The notes beneath the pieces were generated by a model, which worked only from the letters and a program-made list of their open reading frames with translations, was not told the origin of the DNA and ran no database searches. Of a stretch of DNA of 64,000 nt, positions 1-9,909 are shown piece by piece. This DNA comes from an uncultured delta proteobacterium (GTDB lineage Bacteria > Desulfobacterota > Binatia > HRBIN30 > BPIQ01), in the NCBI GenBank assembly GCA_963761335.1, contig CAVXGR010000024.1:96001-160000 (forward strand). The letters are read 5' to 3'. Position 1 is the first letter of the stretch, and every line of letters begins with the position of its first letter. The translations under genes were made by a program, and so were the position numbers.

Positions 1-1388
1 AAGACGAAGGTGAAGAGAAAGAAGGCGTTGAAGCGGCGCCAGGGAAAGCAGGCGGCGAGAATCAGGCCGCCGACGAAGAGCACCGAGGTGAGCGGGTCGA
101 GCATTGGCTCGCCCGGGTAGTTGAAGGTGTCGGCATCGTCGCCGTGATGCATGAAGATGCGGGCCGTGTTGCGGAGGCGCTCGTATCTCTGGTGGAAGAA
201 CTTGCCGGTGTCGTTGGTGTAGTATTGCTTGTTGGAGAGCGAGCGGTTGGCGGCTTCGAAGTAGTAGTAGGGCTGCGCCTTGTTGGAGGTGGTGATGATG
301 ATGATCGGCACGAACAGCGACACCGCCAGAACCGTGACGATGCCGACGGCGAACAGGTCCCGGAGAACGGCACGCGCCGCCGCCAGCTTCTCGGGCTCGG
401 CGGCGGCGCGCACGAAACCGCGGAGATGGCGCGCCAGCAGCATTCCCAGAAAAAGTAGCGCGAGAAGGGTGGTGCCGCGGTAGCCGGCGTAGGCGTAGAG
501 CGTGTAGCCGCTGAGCAGGCCGATCCACGGCAGCGTCGTCAGCCGGCCGGTGCGGGCGTAGCTCACCAACAGGGACAGGTCGAGAACCACCAGGCAGTTG
601 GTCAGAAAGATGTTGTGGGCGGCGCGGCTGTAGATGATGTTCCAGCTGGAGACGGCGAACAGGAAGGTTCCAGCCAGGGCCGCCGGTCGCGACACCAGCT
701 GCCGCAGCAGGAGGTACACGGGAATGATCGTCAGGATGCTGAAGACGGTGAACGGGATGCGCACCGTCAGAATGCTCGGATCGTCGGTCAGGTAGATGGC
801 GGCGGCCGTCAGATACTGATCGAACATGAACTCCCACGGGCGCATGTGCTCGTGCAGAATCTTGAAGCCGGCGTTTCCCGCCTGGGGCTCCTCGATGGCG
901 TGCATGCTGAACGCTGCCGGGAAGTCGGTGTAGTGATAGAAGCGAAGAAAGGCGCCGAGGGCGACGATCGCCAGCAGGGCGATCAGCTCGAAGCGTTCCC
1001 AGCTGGGCGCCTTCGGCGGATCGAATGCACGAAGGCTCACCGACATGGAGGTGACGCCGGCCAGCACCAGGGCGACGCTATAGGCGAACCACCACGCCCA
1101 GTCGCGCGACAGCAGCACCGAGGCGGTGATCACCGCGACGATGCCGAGGAAGAGTCCGATGCCGGCGAAAAAGCGAGCCGGGCGACTGGGTCGCACGGCG
1201 GCCAGGGGAAGAGGCTGCGGCGAAGGATCCCCCCAGCCGAGCAACAGCGCCGCGGCGAGCGCCGCAAGCAGAAAGAGCGCGGTGGGAAAGACGTCGTCCG
1301 GCGCCAGGCGAATGCAGTACTGGCCATAGCCCATGGCCACGAGGGCGGCGACGCAGGCGAGCGCGAAAAGAAGACGGCGGAGACGCAT
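1..1388 (-). CDS. GT-C fold (ArnT/PMT-like, GT39/GT83-type) membrane glycosyltransferase; 3' end runs off the window
   Basis: Absent from the ORF track because it has no stop in the window. Manual translation from ATG 1388 gives MRLRRLLFALACVAALVAMG...ALGAFLRFYHYTDFP...AIEEPQAG...RIPFTVFSILTIIPVYLLLRQL...PMLDPLTSVLFVGGL. It is open to position 3, has many TM segments and shares the layout of the neighbouring paralogs. Confidence 0.8.
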   Translation of the reverse strand, partial: MRLRRLLFALACVAALVAMGYGQYCIRLAPDDVFPTALFLLAALAAALLLGWGDPSPQPLPLAAVRPSRPARFFAGIGLFLGIVAVITASVLLSRDWAWWFAYSVALVLAGVTSMSVSLRAFDPPKAPSWERFELIALLAIVALGAFLRFYHYTDFPAAFSMHAIEEPQAGNAGFKILHEHMRPWEFMFDQYLTAAAIYLTDDPSILTVRIPFTVFSILTIIPVYLLLRQLVSRPAALAGTFLFAVSSWNIIYSRAAHNIFLTNCLVVLDLSLLVSYARTGRLTTLPWIGLLSGYTLYAYAGYRGTTLLALLFLGMLLARHLRGFVRAAAEPEKLAAARAVLRDLFAVGIVTVLAVSLFVPIIIITTSNKAQPYYYFEAANRSLSNKQYYTNDTGKFFHQRYERLRNTARIFMHHGDDADTFNYPGEPMLDPLTSVLFVGGLILAACFPWRRFNAFFLFTFV

Positions 1389-1442
1389 GGAGAAGGAGAG
1401 GCTCCTTATTTCAGGGAATCGCGCCCCGGCGCAAGGCGCGGC

Positions 1443-4202
1443 TCACGGGACGGCATCGGTGGGCGAGAAATGCGGCGGAGGAACGAGCCTGGCGGCTTCC
1501 CCACCGGGCGGAGTCCAGAAGAGCTGAAACACCCGTCGCGTGGTGTTGGCCAGGCGGCGGCCGTCGTAGTGAACCTCGATTCGATGCGCACCCGCGGTCA
1601 GCTCCCGTTCCACCTTGCGGGTGATCATCTCCTCCGGGTTCACCTCGGTGGCGCTCAGCAGAGCGACACCATCCAGCGAAAGGTCGAAGGGGCCGGTGGT
1701 GTGGACCTCGAGCCCGTACGTACCGGAAGTGTCGACCAGCAGCGCGCCGGCGGCGTGGAACACAAACGGGGCGTGCACGGGCATGGTCTGCGGCTCGAAG
1801 AAGGTCTCCACCGAGTACAGGTCCAGCATGGGCTCGATGGCCGCCGAAACGGTGTGGCCGTCGTCGTATTCGGCCCGCAGGCCGTGCCAGACCGTGTCCG
1901 GGCGGAAGTCCCAGCGGCTGAGAAGGCGCACCCCGGTGGTGTCGATGATGCGTATCGAGAGCCGACGCGTGGGCGTGGCCGCCGGCTCGTCGATCGCCAC
2001 CGGCAGCCAGCCGCGCGGCAGCTGCAGCGAGGCTGCCGTGGTTCCGGCGGCGTCCATGGTCACAGTCTGTCCGCCCAGCTCCAGGTGCAGCGGGTGGTCG
2101 CTCTCGATTTCGAGACGTGCCGGCCGCGAGGTGGGCCAGTAGATCTGGCCTCGCCACTGCAGCGGTCTTCCCGCCGGCGCTCCGGCGCCGAAGGGATCCA
2201 TTGCTGCCCCCGCATCCTCCGTTGTCCCGGCGAGTCGCAGGCCGGCGCGCTGGCGCAGCGCGTCTGCCGATATGGCCACCGTTCGCATGATCAGCTGGTG
2301 CTCGGGACCGGGGCTGACCTCGGCAAGCACCGCAGCCGGATAGAGCTGGTGGACGTAGTCGGCAAGCGTCAGCTGTGTCGGCCCGAGAATCAGACCGAGC
2401 GGGGTATCTGTCGGCGTATGGATCGGTAGCAGGTGCGCCACCTCGTCGACGTCCTGGAGGTCGCGCCTCGGGAAGTCGAGCTGGAAGAGCTCGTCCCGGG
2501 AGAAGTGCAGGTAGTGCTCGAGCCCCATCATGCGCACGCGCGCCGTCGGCGGAAAGCGGCGCACGGCGTGCGCCAGCTCCGACATGAAATCAAACTCCTC
2601 ACGGGGGAAACGGACGAAGTAGGTGTCGTAGTTCAACCACGCGGCCGCGCCGAGGAGAGCCAGCACCAGTGCGCCGGTCGCCCAGCGCGACCAGGCGCGT
2701 GCACTGCCGGCGCACAGCAGCCAGGCAAGGGGCAGGGCGGCGATGATGGCGACGTCCGGCAGGAGACCGACGAGGCGCACGAACGCCGGTGGAGCCACCG
2801 TCAGCACGCCGCCGACCAGGGTGGTCAGCAGCCACCAGAGCAGCAAGAAGGCGTATCGCGGTCGGATCAGGCGCATGCTGGCGCCGATCAGGCCGACGAC
2901 GAACAACGCCGCACTCACCTGGTCCAGCATGCCGCCGCCGCGGTATCCCAGATGGTAGGCGTCGCCGGGAATTACCCCGAATCCGAGCCAGGTGAGCCAC
3001 ACCTGACCGCCGAGAACCCGCGCCGCCGCTCCGAGGCCGCCCGCGCTCCACGCCTCGAGCACCTGAGACATGACTTGCCGGTTGCGGGACATGTACGTCC
3101 ACTCGAACCAGTGCCGGCCGAAGTGGAAGGAGTCGGTGACGTACATCATGAGCGGAAAGGTCAGCAGCAGGAATCCGGCGAGGGTGACGAGGACAGCTCG
3201 CCAGTGACTGCGCACGGTGCTCGGTGCGCCGACCGCGCACAGCGCCACCCAGGCGAGCCACAGCGGCAGAGCCAGCTGACCGGCGTTGTAGGTGTAGTAG
3301 CACAGGCCCAGCGCGAAGCCGGTGAACAGATAGTGCCGGGCGCGGCCGCCGTTGATGCCGCGCCACCAGAAGTAGAACGCCGCCGATTCGAACATCATCA
3401 CCTGCGAGTGGCAGATGCCCATGCGGCTGAAGTCGAGCGAGGTGCGCCCGACGGCGAGCAAGACCCCCGAGAGGATTGCCATGCGCGGCCCGAAGAGCTG
3501 GCGTGCCAGCAGATAGGTAAAGAGGACCGCGAGCGTACCGAACAAAGACGAGGCCAGTCGCAGGCTGGTGGTGTCGATCCCCAGGAAGGGGGCGAAGATT
3601 CCCTGGAGAGACAGGCCGAGCGTCGGCCAGGTGTTCCAGCCAAGGTTGAAGAAGTTCGGCACGGCGCCGGCGCTGAAGTGCTGCAGGACGTACACTCCGA
3701 CACGCGGCTCGTCGCCGAAATAATAGGGTGGGACCTCGGCGATCCAGAGCGTGCGCGCCGCCGCCGCAAGCGCCAGGATGGCGGCCATTGCGGCTGCCTC
3801 GGCGGCGCTCCACGATGGCGCCCGGCGTGCCGGGGGCGAGGCAACTCCCTCCCACAGCGCCAGGGAGGCAGCCAGGAGACCTCCCAGCCAGATCAGCAGG
3901 GCCACGACTGGCGCCTGGTCGTTCAGCGACAGGGTCGTGGCGGCGCCCACCAGGAGCACGGCGGCAGCGGCGAATGTCACAAACCGCCATCGTCCCACAC
4001 TCGCCACGGGTGAGACCGTTGCCGGCGGGAGTAGCCCTCGGCCCCGCGCCGCGGCTCCCATCAGGATCCCGGCCATTCCGAACAGCGCCCAACCCGTGGG
4101 CGACTCGTGCTGCGCCTGGACCAGATGCTGTGCGGCGAGCCCCATACCGATGGCGATCGGGGCCAGGGCGAGGGGGAGGAGCGATGAGACCTTCGACGAC
4201 AC
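1443..4202 (-). CDS. GT-C (ArnT/PMT_2-like) glycosyltransferase with C-terminal PA14-like domain(s)
   Basis: 919 aa. Multi-TM N-terminal half with acidic loop FGDEP and RLASSLFGTLAVLFTYLLARQLFG. The C-terminus has a PA14-like pattern (VDTSGTYGLEV...LSLDG...ELTAGAHRIEVHY...LFWTPPG). Confidence 0.8.
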   Translation of the reverse strand: MSSKVSSLLPLALAPIAIGMGLAAQHLVQAQHESPTGWALFGMAGILMGAAARGRGLLPPATVSPVASVGRWRFVTFAAAAVLLVGAATTLSLNDQAPVVALLIWLGGLLAASLALWEGVASPPARRAPSWSAAEAAAMAAILALAAAARTLWIAEVPPYYFGDEPRVGVYVLQHFSAGAVPNFFNLGWNTWPTLGLSLQGIFAPFLGIDTTSLRLASSLFGTLAVLFTYLLARQLFGPRMAILSGVLLAVGRTSLDFSRMGICHSQVMMFESAAFYFWWRGINGGRARHYLFTGFALGLCYYTYNAGQLALPLWLAWVALCAVGAPSTVRSHWRAVLVTLAGFLLLTFPLMMYVTDSFHFGRHWFEWTYMSRNRQVMSQVLEAWSAGGLGAAARVLGGQVWLTWLGFGVIPGDAYHLGYRGGGMLDQVSAALFVVGLIGASMRLIRPRYAFLLLWWLLTTLVGGVLTVAPPAFVRLVGLLPDVAIIAALPLAWLLCAGSARAWSRWATGALVLALLGAAAWLNYDTYFVRFPREEFDFMSELAHAVRRFPPTARVRMMGLEHYLHFSRDELFQLDFPRRDLQDVDEVAHLLPIHTPTDTPLGLILGPTQLTLADYVHQLYPAAVLAEVSPGPEHQLIMRTVAISADALRQRAGLRLAGTTEDAGAAMDPFGAGAPAGRPLQWRGQIYWPTSRPARLEIESDHPLHLELGGQTVTMDAAGTTAASLQLPRGWLPVAIDEPAATPTRRLSIRIIDTTGVRLLSRWDFRPDTVWHGLRAEYDDGHTVSAAIEPMLDLYSVETFFEPQTMPVHAPFVFHAAGALLVDTSGTYGLEVHTTGPFDLSLDGVALLSATEVNPEEMITRKVERELTAGAHRIEVHYDGRRLANTTRRVFQLFWTPPGGEAARLVPPPHFSPTDAVP

Positions 4203-4322
4203 GGTGCCGCTGGCCGTACCAGAATTCTCCCGGAAACTCCAAAATCATGGCCACCGCCTTTGAACTACGACCTCATTTGCGCTACGGGCTACGCTTGGCT
4301 GCGCCGTGCTGGCGCAGATGAG

Positions 4323-7256
4323 ATGACGTCAGAGCAGCTAGGCTTGTCAGGTGCCGCAGCCCGCGGTGTGCGGGAATCTGACCGGCCGGGACGTCTGAGG
4401 CGGCTGCGCGGGCCGCTGGGTCTGCCGTTCCTGCTGCTCGTATGCTGGGGCGCGCTGCGTTTGCTGGACCGCACCGGCGAGCTGGCGTTCCTGCCGGAGT
4501 TCGCCCTCATCCTCGCCGGGGCATATGCGCTGTCGCCGGCGCAGCCGCGCGTCGTGCCTTCGGCGCGCATCTACGTGGTCCTGGGCACACTCTTCGCGGC
4601 TGCCATCGGTCTGTTCTTCCGGCTGCGCTATCTGTGGACAGTGCCCCCGGGTTGGGGATTCGAACCGCTCCGCTTTGTCTTCTTCGCGCAACAGCTCATC
4701 CAGGAGCACTTCCCCTATCGGCCGTACGACTGGTACGCCCACACCCTGTACTCGTACTGGATCGCTCTGGCGATGCTGGTGGTTCGTCAGCCGTTGCTCG
4801 CCTTTCGCGTGGCCTCCGTCGTTCTGAGCATCTCGACCCTGGTGGCCATGTGGCTGTGCCTGCGGCGCCTGATCAGCGCCCGCGCCGCGTGGATCGGCAC
4901 GGCCTTGCTGGGGTCGTCGTACTGGCACATGTTCGCCTCCCGCAACGGCTATCACCAGCTGCAGCTGCCGCTGTTCCAGCTGCTCTTCATGTACGGCCTC
5001 ATCGGCGGTGTGCAGACGGCGCGCTTTCGGTACTTCCTGGTGGCGGCGGTGGCCATGGTCCTCGGGTTGCACTGTCACTGGGGCTTCTACCTGATGCCAC
5101 CGGTGTGGTTGGTATTCGTGCTCTACCTGTTCGTCTATCACCGCGACCTCTGGCGCCGCGCCATGCCGGGAATGATGATCGCCGCGGGGCTGACCACGCT
5201 GGCGCTGGTGCCATTGGCGACGTTCTACTGGTACCACCTGAAGGTCTTCGGCTACATCGGCCAGGGGTTCGACCCGCGAAGCGTGCAGAGCAGCGGTCAG
5301 GCGACGAAGCTGCTCCGCAATCTCAGCTTCATCCTCTGGGAGCTTTCCGGGCATCCGCACGCGCGCGCCGAGTACGGACCGGCGACCGATTGGCTGGTGG
5401 CCTCGGGTACGTTGCTCGGGCTGGCGCTGTCGCTGCGCTGGTTCAAGCGCTCGCCGGCGCACGCGCTGCTCGTGATCCTCTTTCTCATCAACTGCGCCGG
5501 CCTGGCGGTGACCGTCGGCAACTACTTCTACATCATCGCCACCATGGCGGCCGCCTATGCCTTCGCGGCGATCGCGGTTGCGGCCACCCTCGAGCAGTGG
5601 GAGACGCTGAGCCCGCGGCTGGCGCCGGCGGCGTTTGCGGTCGTCGTCGGGGTCATCGGCTGGCAGGCCCACAACAACTTTGCGTGGTACATCGGCGAGC
5701 GCATCTACCGGGAGACGGCCCATCCGTTCAAGTCTCCGGGGTCGTCGTATCCGGTCCTTCCAGAGGTGGAGCGCCTGGCCGCGACCCATACCGTGTTTCT
5801 GCCGCGCGACGAGCCCGGTCGCGACTTCGACGATCAGCTCTACGCTCTCGGCGACAAGCTGCCGGCGTACTCCTTTCTCCACAAGACGCACGTCTACGAC
5901 GTCACCCGCATTCTCTTCCCGGCGGTGGAGACCGGTGGCCCGGACGGGGTGGCAATCGTGGTTCCCAACGGTCCCTACGTCGATCGCGTCATCCTGCCGA
6001 CCTTGCGCAAGCTCTATCCGCGGCTGGAGATCGCCATGATCATGCCCCCGGAGCCGTATCGTTCGGAGAAGGACATCGCCGTCGCCTATCGCCTCGTCAT
6101 CCCCCAAGCCGACCTGCGCCGCTATCAGGGGCTGCGGCGCAAGGCGGCGGCGGACGGCGGCGAAGCGAGCCTCGACGGCTTCCTCTTCGTCCCGGAGGAC
6201 GGACGCTACTTCTTTCACCACCTGCACGAGTCGACCGCTCGTCTCTGGCTCCACGGCGAGGAGGTGGAGTTCGGCGAGCAATCCGCCACGCCGCTGGAAG
6301 CGGGCCTCCACCCCCTGCATATGGTGGGCGGCACCCCCGAGGAGGTGCTGTGGCGGGGGCCGTCGGTGCACTGGGAGTCGCTGGTGCCGCACCTTCTGAA
6401 CGACGGTGGCCAGCGCCCGGAGCTGTTTGCGCCGTACCTTGCGGCAATGGGACGCCAGGCGCCGTTCTACTATTCGGAGACGGCCCGAGTGCCGGTGACG
6501 CCCTCGGTTCAGGACGCCCTGCTGACGGAGGGCGGAGGATTCGCGGCGATCGACGCGTATGCGTTCCGTCTGTACGGCAGCGCGCGCCAGGTGCTGGGCA
6601 CCGTCAAGATGCCGGGACCGCGCGATTTCCGCCTGGGAGCCACCGCCGATCAGTTCCTCACCCTGGATCCGAGCGGCGTGGTCTTCGGCATCGACGATAC
6701 CGGCTACCGGCAGCTGGCCAGCATTCCATGTCGCCCGGTCGACGAGGCCATGGACGGAGACCGCTTCGTGGCGCTGTGCATCGATGGGCGTCTGCTCGCC
6801 AGCTCGGGACCATCCCCGTCCGCCGAGCCGCTACTGGCTGCGGATGGAGCGCCGTTGCTGCGCCCGATCAGCATGGCGCGCGCCCCGGAAGGCTACTATG
6901 TGGTGGACGCCTTGGCCTCCGCGCTTCTCTTGTATGACGAGCACGGCAACCTCCTGCGCACGCAGCTGATGCCGCACCTCTACTGGGACTCGGAGGTGCG
7001 CGTGGATTCGGAGGGACGCCTGTACATCAAGCGCCGCGGGCAGGGAATGCGCACTTACTCGGCCGACGGGCACCTGCTGTTTCACCCGCTGACCGGGGTC
7101 CCGTCCCTCTTCGTGCGCGGCGAACGCCAGCCTCTCGACACCATGGCGCCGCTGCACATGAAGTTCAGCGGCGACCAGGCCATCGCCACGGCACGCGACG
7201 GGACCGTGCTGCTCTACGAGCGCCGCGCCTCCCCGGACCATCTCGACAGCCGCTGA
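4323..7256 (+). CDS. GT-C membrane glycosyltransferase with PA14-like and degenerate beta-propeller C-terminal region
   Basis: ORF 4260-7256, likely ATG at 4323. FFRLRYLWTVPPG is followed by many TM helices, then GFLFVPEDGRYFF...LEAGLHPL (PA14-like) and NHL-like strands (PISMARAPEGYYVVD, VRVDSEGRLYI). Confidence 0.72.
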   Translation: MTSEQLGLSGAAARGVRESDRPGRLRRLRGPLGLPFLLLVCWGALRLLDRTGELAFLPEFALILAGAYALSPAQPRVVPSARIYVVLGTLFAAAIGLFFRLRYLWTVPPGWGFEPLRFVFFAQQLIQEHFPYRPYDWYAHTLYSYWIALAMLVVRQPLLAFRVASVVLSISTLVAMWLCLRRLISARAAWIGTALLGSSYWHMFASRNGYHQLQLPLFQLLFMYGLIGGVQTARFRYFLVAAVAMVLGLHCHWGFYLMPPVWLVFVLYLFVYHRDLWRRAMPGMMIAAGLTTLALVPLATFYWYHLKVFGYIGQGFDPRSVQSSGQATKLLRNLSFILWELSGHPHARAEYGPATDWLVASGTLLGLALSLRWFKRSPAHALLVILFLINCAGLAVTVGNYFYIIATMAAAYAFAAIAVAATLEQWETLSPRLAPAAFAVVVGVIGWQAHNNFAWYIGERIYRETAHPFKSPGSSYPVLPEVERLAATHTVFLPRDEPGRDFDDQLYALGDKLPAYSFLHKTHVYDVTRILFPAVETGGPDGVAIVVPNGPYVDRVILPTLRKLYPRLEIAMIMPPEPYRSEKDIAVAYRLVIPQADLRRYQGLRRKAAADGGEASLDGFLFVPEDGRYFFHHLHESTARLWLHGEEVEFGEQSATPLEAGLHPLHMVGGTPEEVLWRGPSVHWESLVPHLLNDGGQRPELFAPYLAAMGRQAPFYYSETARVPVTPSVQDALLTEGGGFAAIDAYAFRLYGSARQVLGTVKMPGPRDFRLGATADQFLTLDPSGVVFGIDDTGYRQLASIPCRPVDEAMDGDRFVALCIDGRLLASSGPSPSAEPLLAADGAPLLRPISMARAPEGYYVVDALASALLLYDEHGNLLRTQLMPHLYWDSEVRVDSEGRLYIKRRGQGMRTYSADGHLLFHPLTGVPSLFVRGERQPLDTMAPLHMKFSGDQAIATARDGTVLLYERRASPDHLDSR

Positions 7257-7269
7257 GGGGCGGAGATTC

Positions 7270-9360
7270 GTGAGCCCCAGGGAAGAGACGCCACCCGTAC
7301 TCCGGCGCCTGCTCGGCGGAACGCTGGTTGCCACCTGCTTGCTCAGTTGCGGCGCCGCGGGGGTGCTGCTGTGGAACCCGGCGCTCTACCTGGACGAGAG
7401 GGATCTGGGGCGCTGGCTGCCGATCGCCGAGCGCTTCAATTTTCTCGGGCAGGTGTTTGCCAATGCGCGCTACGCCGCCGTCCTCTGGTGGCTGTTGGCG
7501 GTCGCCGTCATCCTGGCGGCGTTCTCATCGGGTGCCTTTCGCCTTGCGTCGGACGGTGCCGGCCCCGATTCCCGCGACGAGCCCAACTCCGAGCCTGGAG
7601 CCCCGCCGGCCCGTCGAATGTGGCGTGCCCTGGGATGGAGCGGCCTTGGGCTGGCCGCCGCGGCGCAACTGTTCCTGTGGGTTCGCCTGCACGAGAAGGA
7701 CTATCAGCCCTGGCTCTTCTATCTGTGGCTCGCGGGTCTCCTCGCCTTTGCCGTCGCTTTCGCGCGCCTCGACCGCCGCAGCAAGCGTTCCGCGCGGTGG
7801 CCGTTCTCCGCCGGGGAGATGGCCTTCCTGCTGGTCTGCGGCGTCGCTTTCACCGCCTATTGCTGCCGCGATCTCACCAGCTGGCGCTACTCGTTCATGG
7901 GAGACGAGCTCGGCTTCTGGACCTTTGCCGGACGTCTGGCGCATGGCTACACCCACAACTACTTCTCCTCATTCGAAGGGGTCGCCGGCTATCACCCCGT
8001 TCTCTGCTCGGTCTATCAGAGCCTCTTCCTGCGCCTGCTCGGCCCCAACAACTTTGCCTGGCGATTCAGCTCGGTGATCGCCGCCGCCCTGGCCATCCCG
8101 TTTCTCTATCTGTTCCTGCGCGAGCTCATCGGCCCCACTGCGGCGGTCGCCGGCTCGCTGTTGCTGGGCGCCAACAACTACCTGATCACCTACGCGCATT
8201 TCGGCCTCAACAACGTGCAGGTGCTGGCGCCGACGCTGGCGGCGCTGGCGCTTCTTCTCTGGGGCTGCCGGCAGCAGAGCTGGCTGCTCCTGTACGGCTG
8301 CGGAGTGATGGCGGGGCTCGGCTTCTACACCTTCTTCTCCTCGCGGCTGGCGATCGCCTTCGTGACCCTGGCCTTCCTTCTCTTGCCCATGCCGGTTGCA
8401 AGCGGGCGCCGGCTGCGGTGGTTCGGTGTCGTCGTCCTGGGATTCGGCCTGACCATGATCCCCCTGATTGCGGTGCCCGAGCATTTCGTCGCGGCGATGC
8501 TGCGGCAGAGCGCCATGGGGACCACCGCGGCGGAGAGCCCCAGCGGTCTGTTGGCGAACCTCTGGATCTCTCTCACCGGCCCGGCGGCGCGCGTCAAATG
8601 GGAGTACTGCCTCATCGATCCGCTCTACAGCATCCGTTCCGGCCGCCTCATGTACGGCTCCTGGGTGGACAGCTTCGTCGGCGCCTTCTTCTTTCTCGGT
8701 CTGGTGTGGGCGGCGCTGCGCTGGCCGCGGCACAGAGCGCTTCTCTGGCTGCTGCTCTGCTACCTCGGATCGGTGATCGCCGTCGCCATTCTCTCCCAGT
8801 ACGCGGCGCCTCCCGATACCCGCATGCTGTTTCTCGTCCCTCTCTACATTTCCTTTGCCGTCCTCGGTGTCGAGGTGTTGCGTGCCGAGCTGGTGCTGAA
8901 CCGGCTGCTGCCGCGCCGCGCCAGCGCCCTGCTGTACGTTCCCCTGGTGCTGGTTTCCATGGCGGTGAACTACCAGCGGAACGTCGACACGACCCCGGGG
9001 CGGTACGCGATCCATCCCTACGCGCAGGTCGTTCACGTGGCACAGTCGCTGCCGGCGAACACTCACGTCTACTTCGTGGCGCCGCCGCCCTACTGGGTGG
9101 ACATCCTGAAGGAGGTGGCCAGCATGTACCACTTCGATCAGCGCTTCGAGATCGTGCGGACCCCCGAGGTGGACGACGGCCAGCGGCAGTTCGAGCGGCC
9201 GGCGGTGTTCACCTTTGCGGATATCTTCCCGGAGAAGATGGACGACACCATCGCCGCCCTGCGCCGCCGGTATCCCGACTGCCGTCTCGAGGACTTCGAC
9301 CGCCTTCAGGCAATCGAGGTTCCCGCCGACACCGGGACCGACGGGAGCCCGCCGTCGTAG
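7270..9360 (+). CDS. GT-C (ArnT/PMT_2-like) membrane glycosyltransferase
   Basis: 696 aa. FMGDELGF acidic loop, WRFSSVIAAALAIPFLYLFLRELIG, GLGFYTFFSSR, multiple TM helices. Confidence 0.78.
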   Translation: MSPREETPPVLRRLLGGTLVATCLLSCGAAGVLLWNPALYLDERDLGRWLPIAERFNFLGQVFANARYAAVLWWLLAVAVILAAFSSGAFRLASDGAGPDSRDEPNSEPGAPPARRMWRALGWSGLGLAAAAQLFLWVRLHEKDYQPWLFYLWLAGLLAFAVAFARLDRRSKRSARWPFSAGEMAFLLVCGVAFTAYCCRDLTSWRYSFMGDELGFWTFAGRLAHGYTHNYFSSFEGVAGYHPVLCSVYQSLFLRLLGPNNFAWRFSSVIAAALAIPFLYLFLRELIGPTAAVAGSLLLGANNYLITYAHFGLNNVQVLAPTLAALALLLWGCRQQSWLLLYGCGVMAGLGFYTFFSSRLAIAFVTLAFLLLPMPVASGRRLRWFGVVVLGFGLTMIPLIAVPEHFVAAMLRQSAMGTTAAESPSGLLANLWISLTGPAARVKWEYCLIDPLYSIRSGRLMYGSWVDSFVGAFFFLGLVWAALRWPRHRALLWLLLCYLGSVIAVAILSQYAAPPDTRMLFLVPLYISFAVLGVEVLRAELVLNRLLPRRASALLYVPLVLVSMAVNYQRNVDTTPGRYAIHPYAQVVHVAQSLPANTHVYFVAPPPYWVDILKEVASMYHFDQRFEIVRTPEVDDGQRQFERPAVFTFADIFPEKMDDTIAALRRRYPDCRLEDFDRLQAIEVPADTGTDGSPPS

Positions 9361-9368
9361 AGGGCAGT

Positions 9369-9888
9369 GCGTCATGAACCTCGCGGTTCATCAGTAGACG
9401 ATGAAAATGAGGCTGGGAATCTGCCCCGGCAAGAGTCGGGTGGAGATTAGTCGGGAGAGGATCGGTCGTCGGGATTTGGAGGTTCTCGCCTGGGCAAAGT
9501 TCGCCCCGGAGGGGCGGTGGCGTGTAGCCCCGGGTGAAACCCGGGGAAGAATCGTCAGGCGCGCCCCGCCAGGGGGCGCGGGCAAGTTTTCGTCGATGTC
9601 ACGCCTGTACGCCGATGATCACCGCTGGGTGCGTGGGAAGCTCATCGACGTGATTCACGCGGCCTCTACGCCTGCGCCCCTTCGGGGCGCTGGTCTGGGC
9701 CAATCGGAACGCGGTCCCCGGGTTAACACCCGGGGCTACATGCCCGCGCCCCTCCGGGGCGATAAGCCTCCACGCCAAGCGTTGGTGCGCTCCGCCAGAC
9801 CTTCACCCAACAGATTTTCGAAGCAGGCTACTTTTGCATCTCGTAATTTGCGAGGTGGTGACCTGGTCCGCAAAAGTTGCCTGTCCCC
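9369..9888 (+). mobile_element. Non-autonomous nested-palindrome element (REPIN/MITE-like), family A copy 1
   Basis: Aligns over ~500 bp with 23161-23659 and, inverted, with 21627-22045. Contains inverted REP arms (TCGCCCCGGAGGGGCG..TGTAGCCCCGGGTGAAACCCGGGG at 9501-9546, counterpart at 9716-9762). Lies between convergent stop codons. Confidence 0.75.
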
Positions 9889-9909
9889 TCCCGGGGGTGG
9901 AGCCGCGAC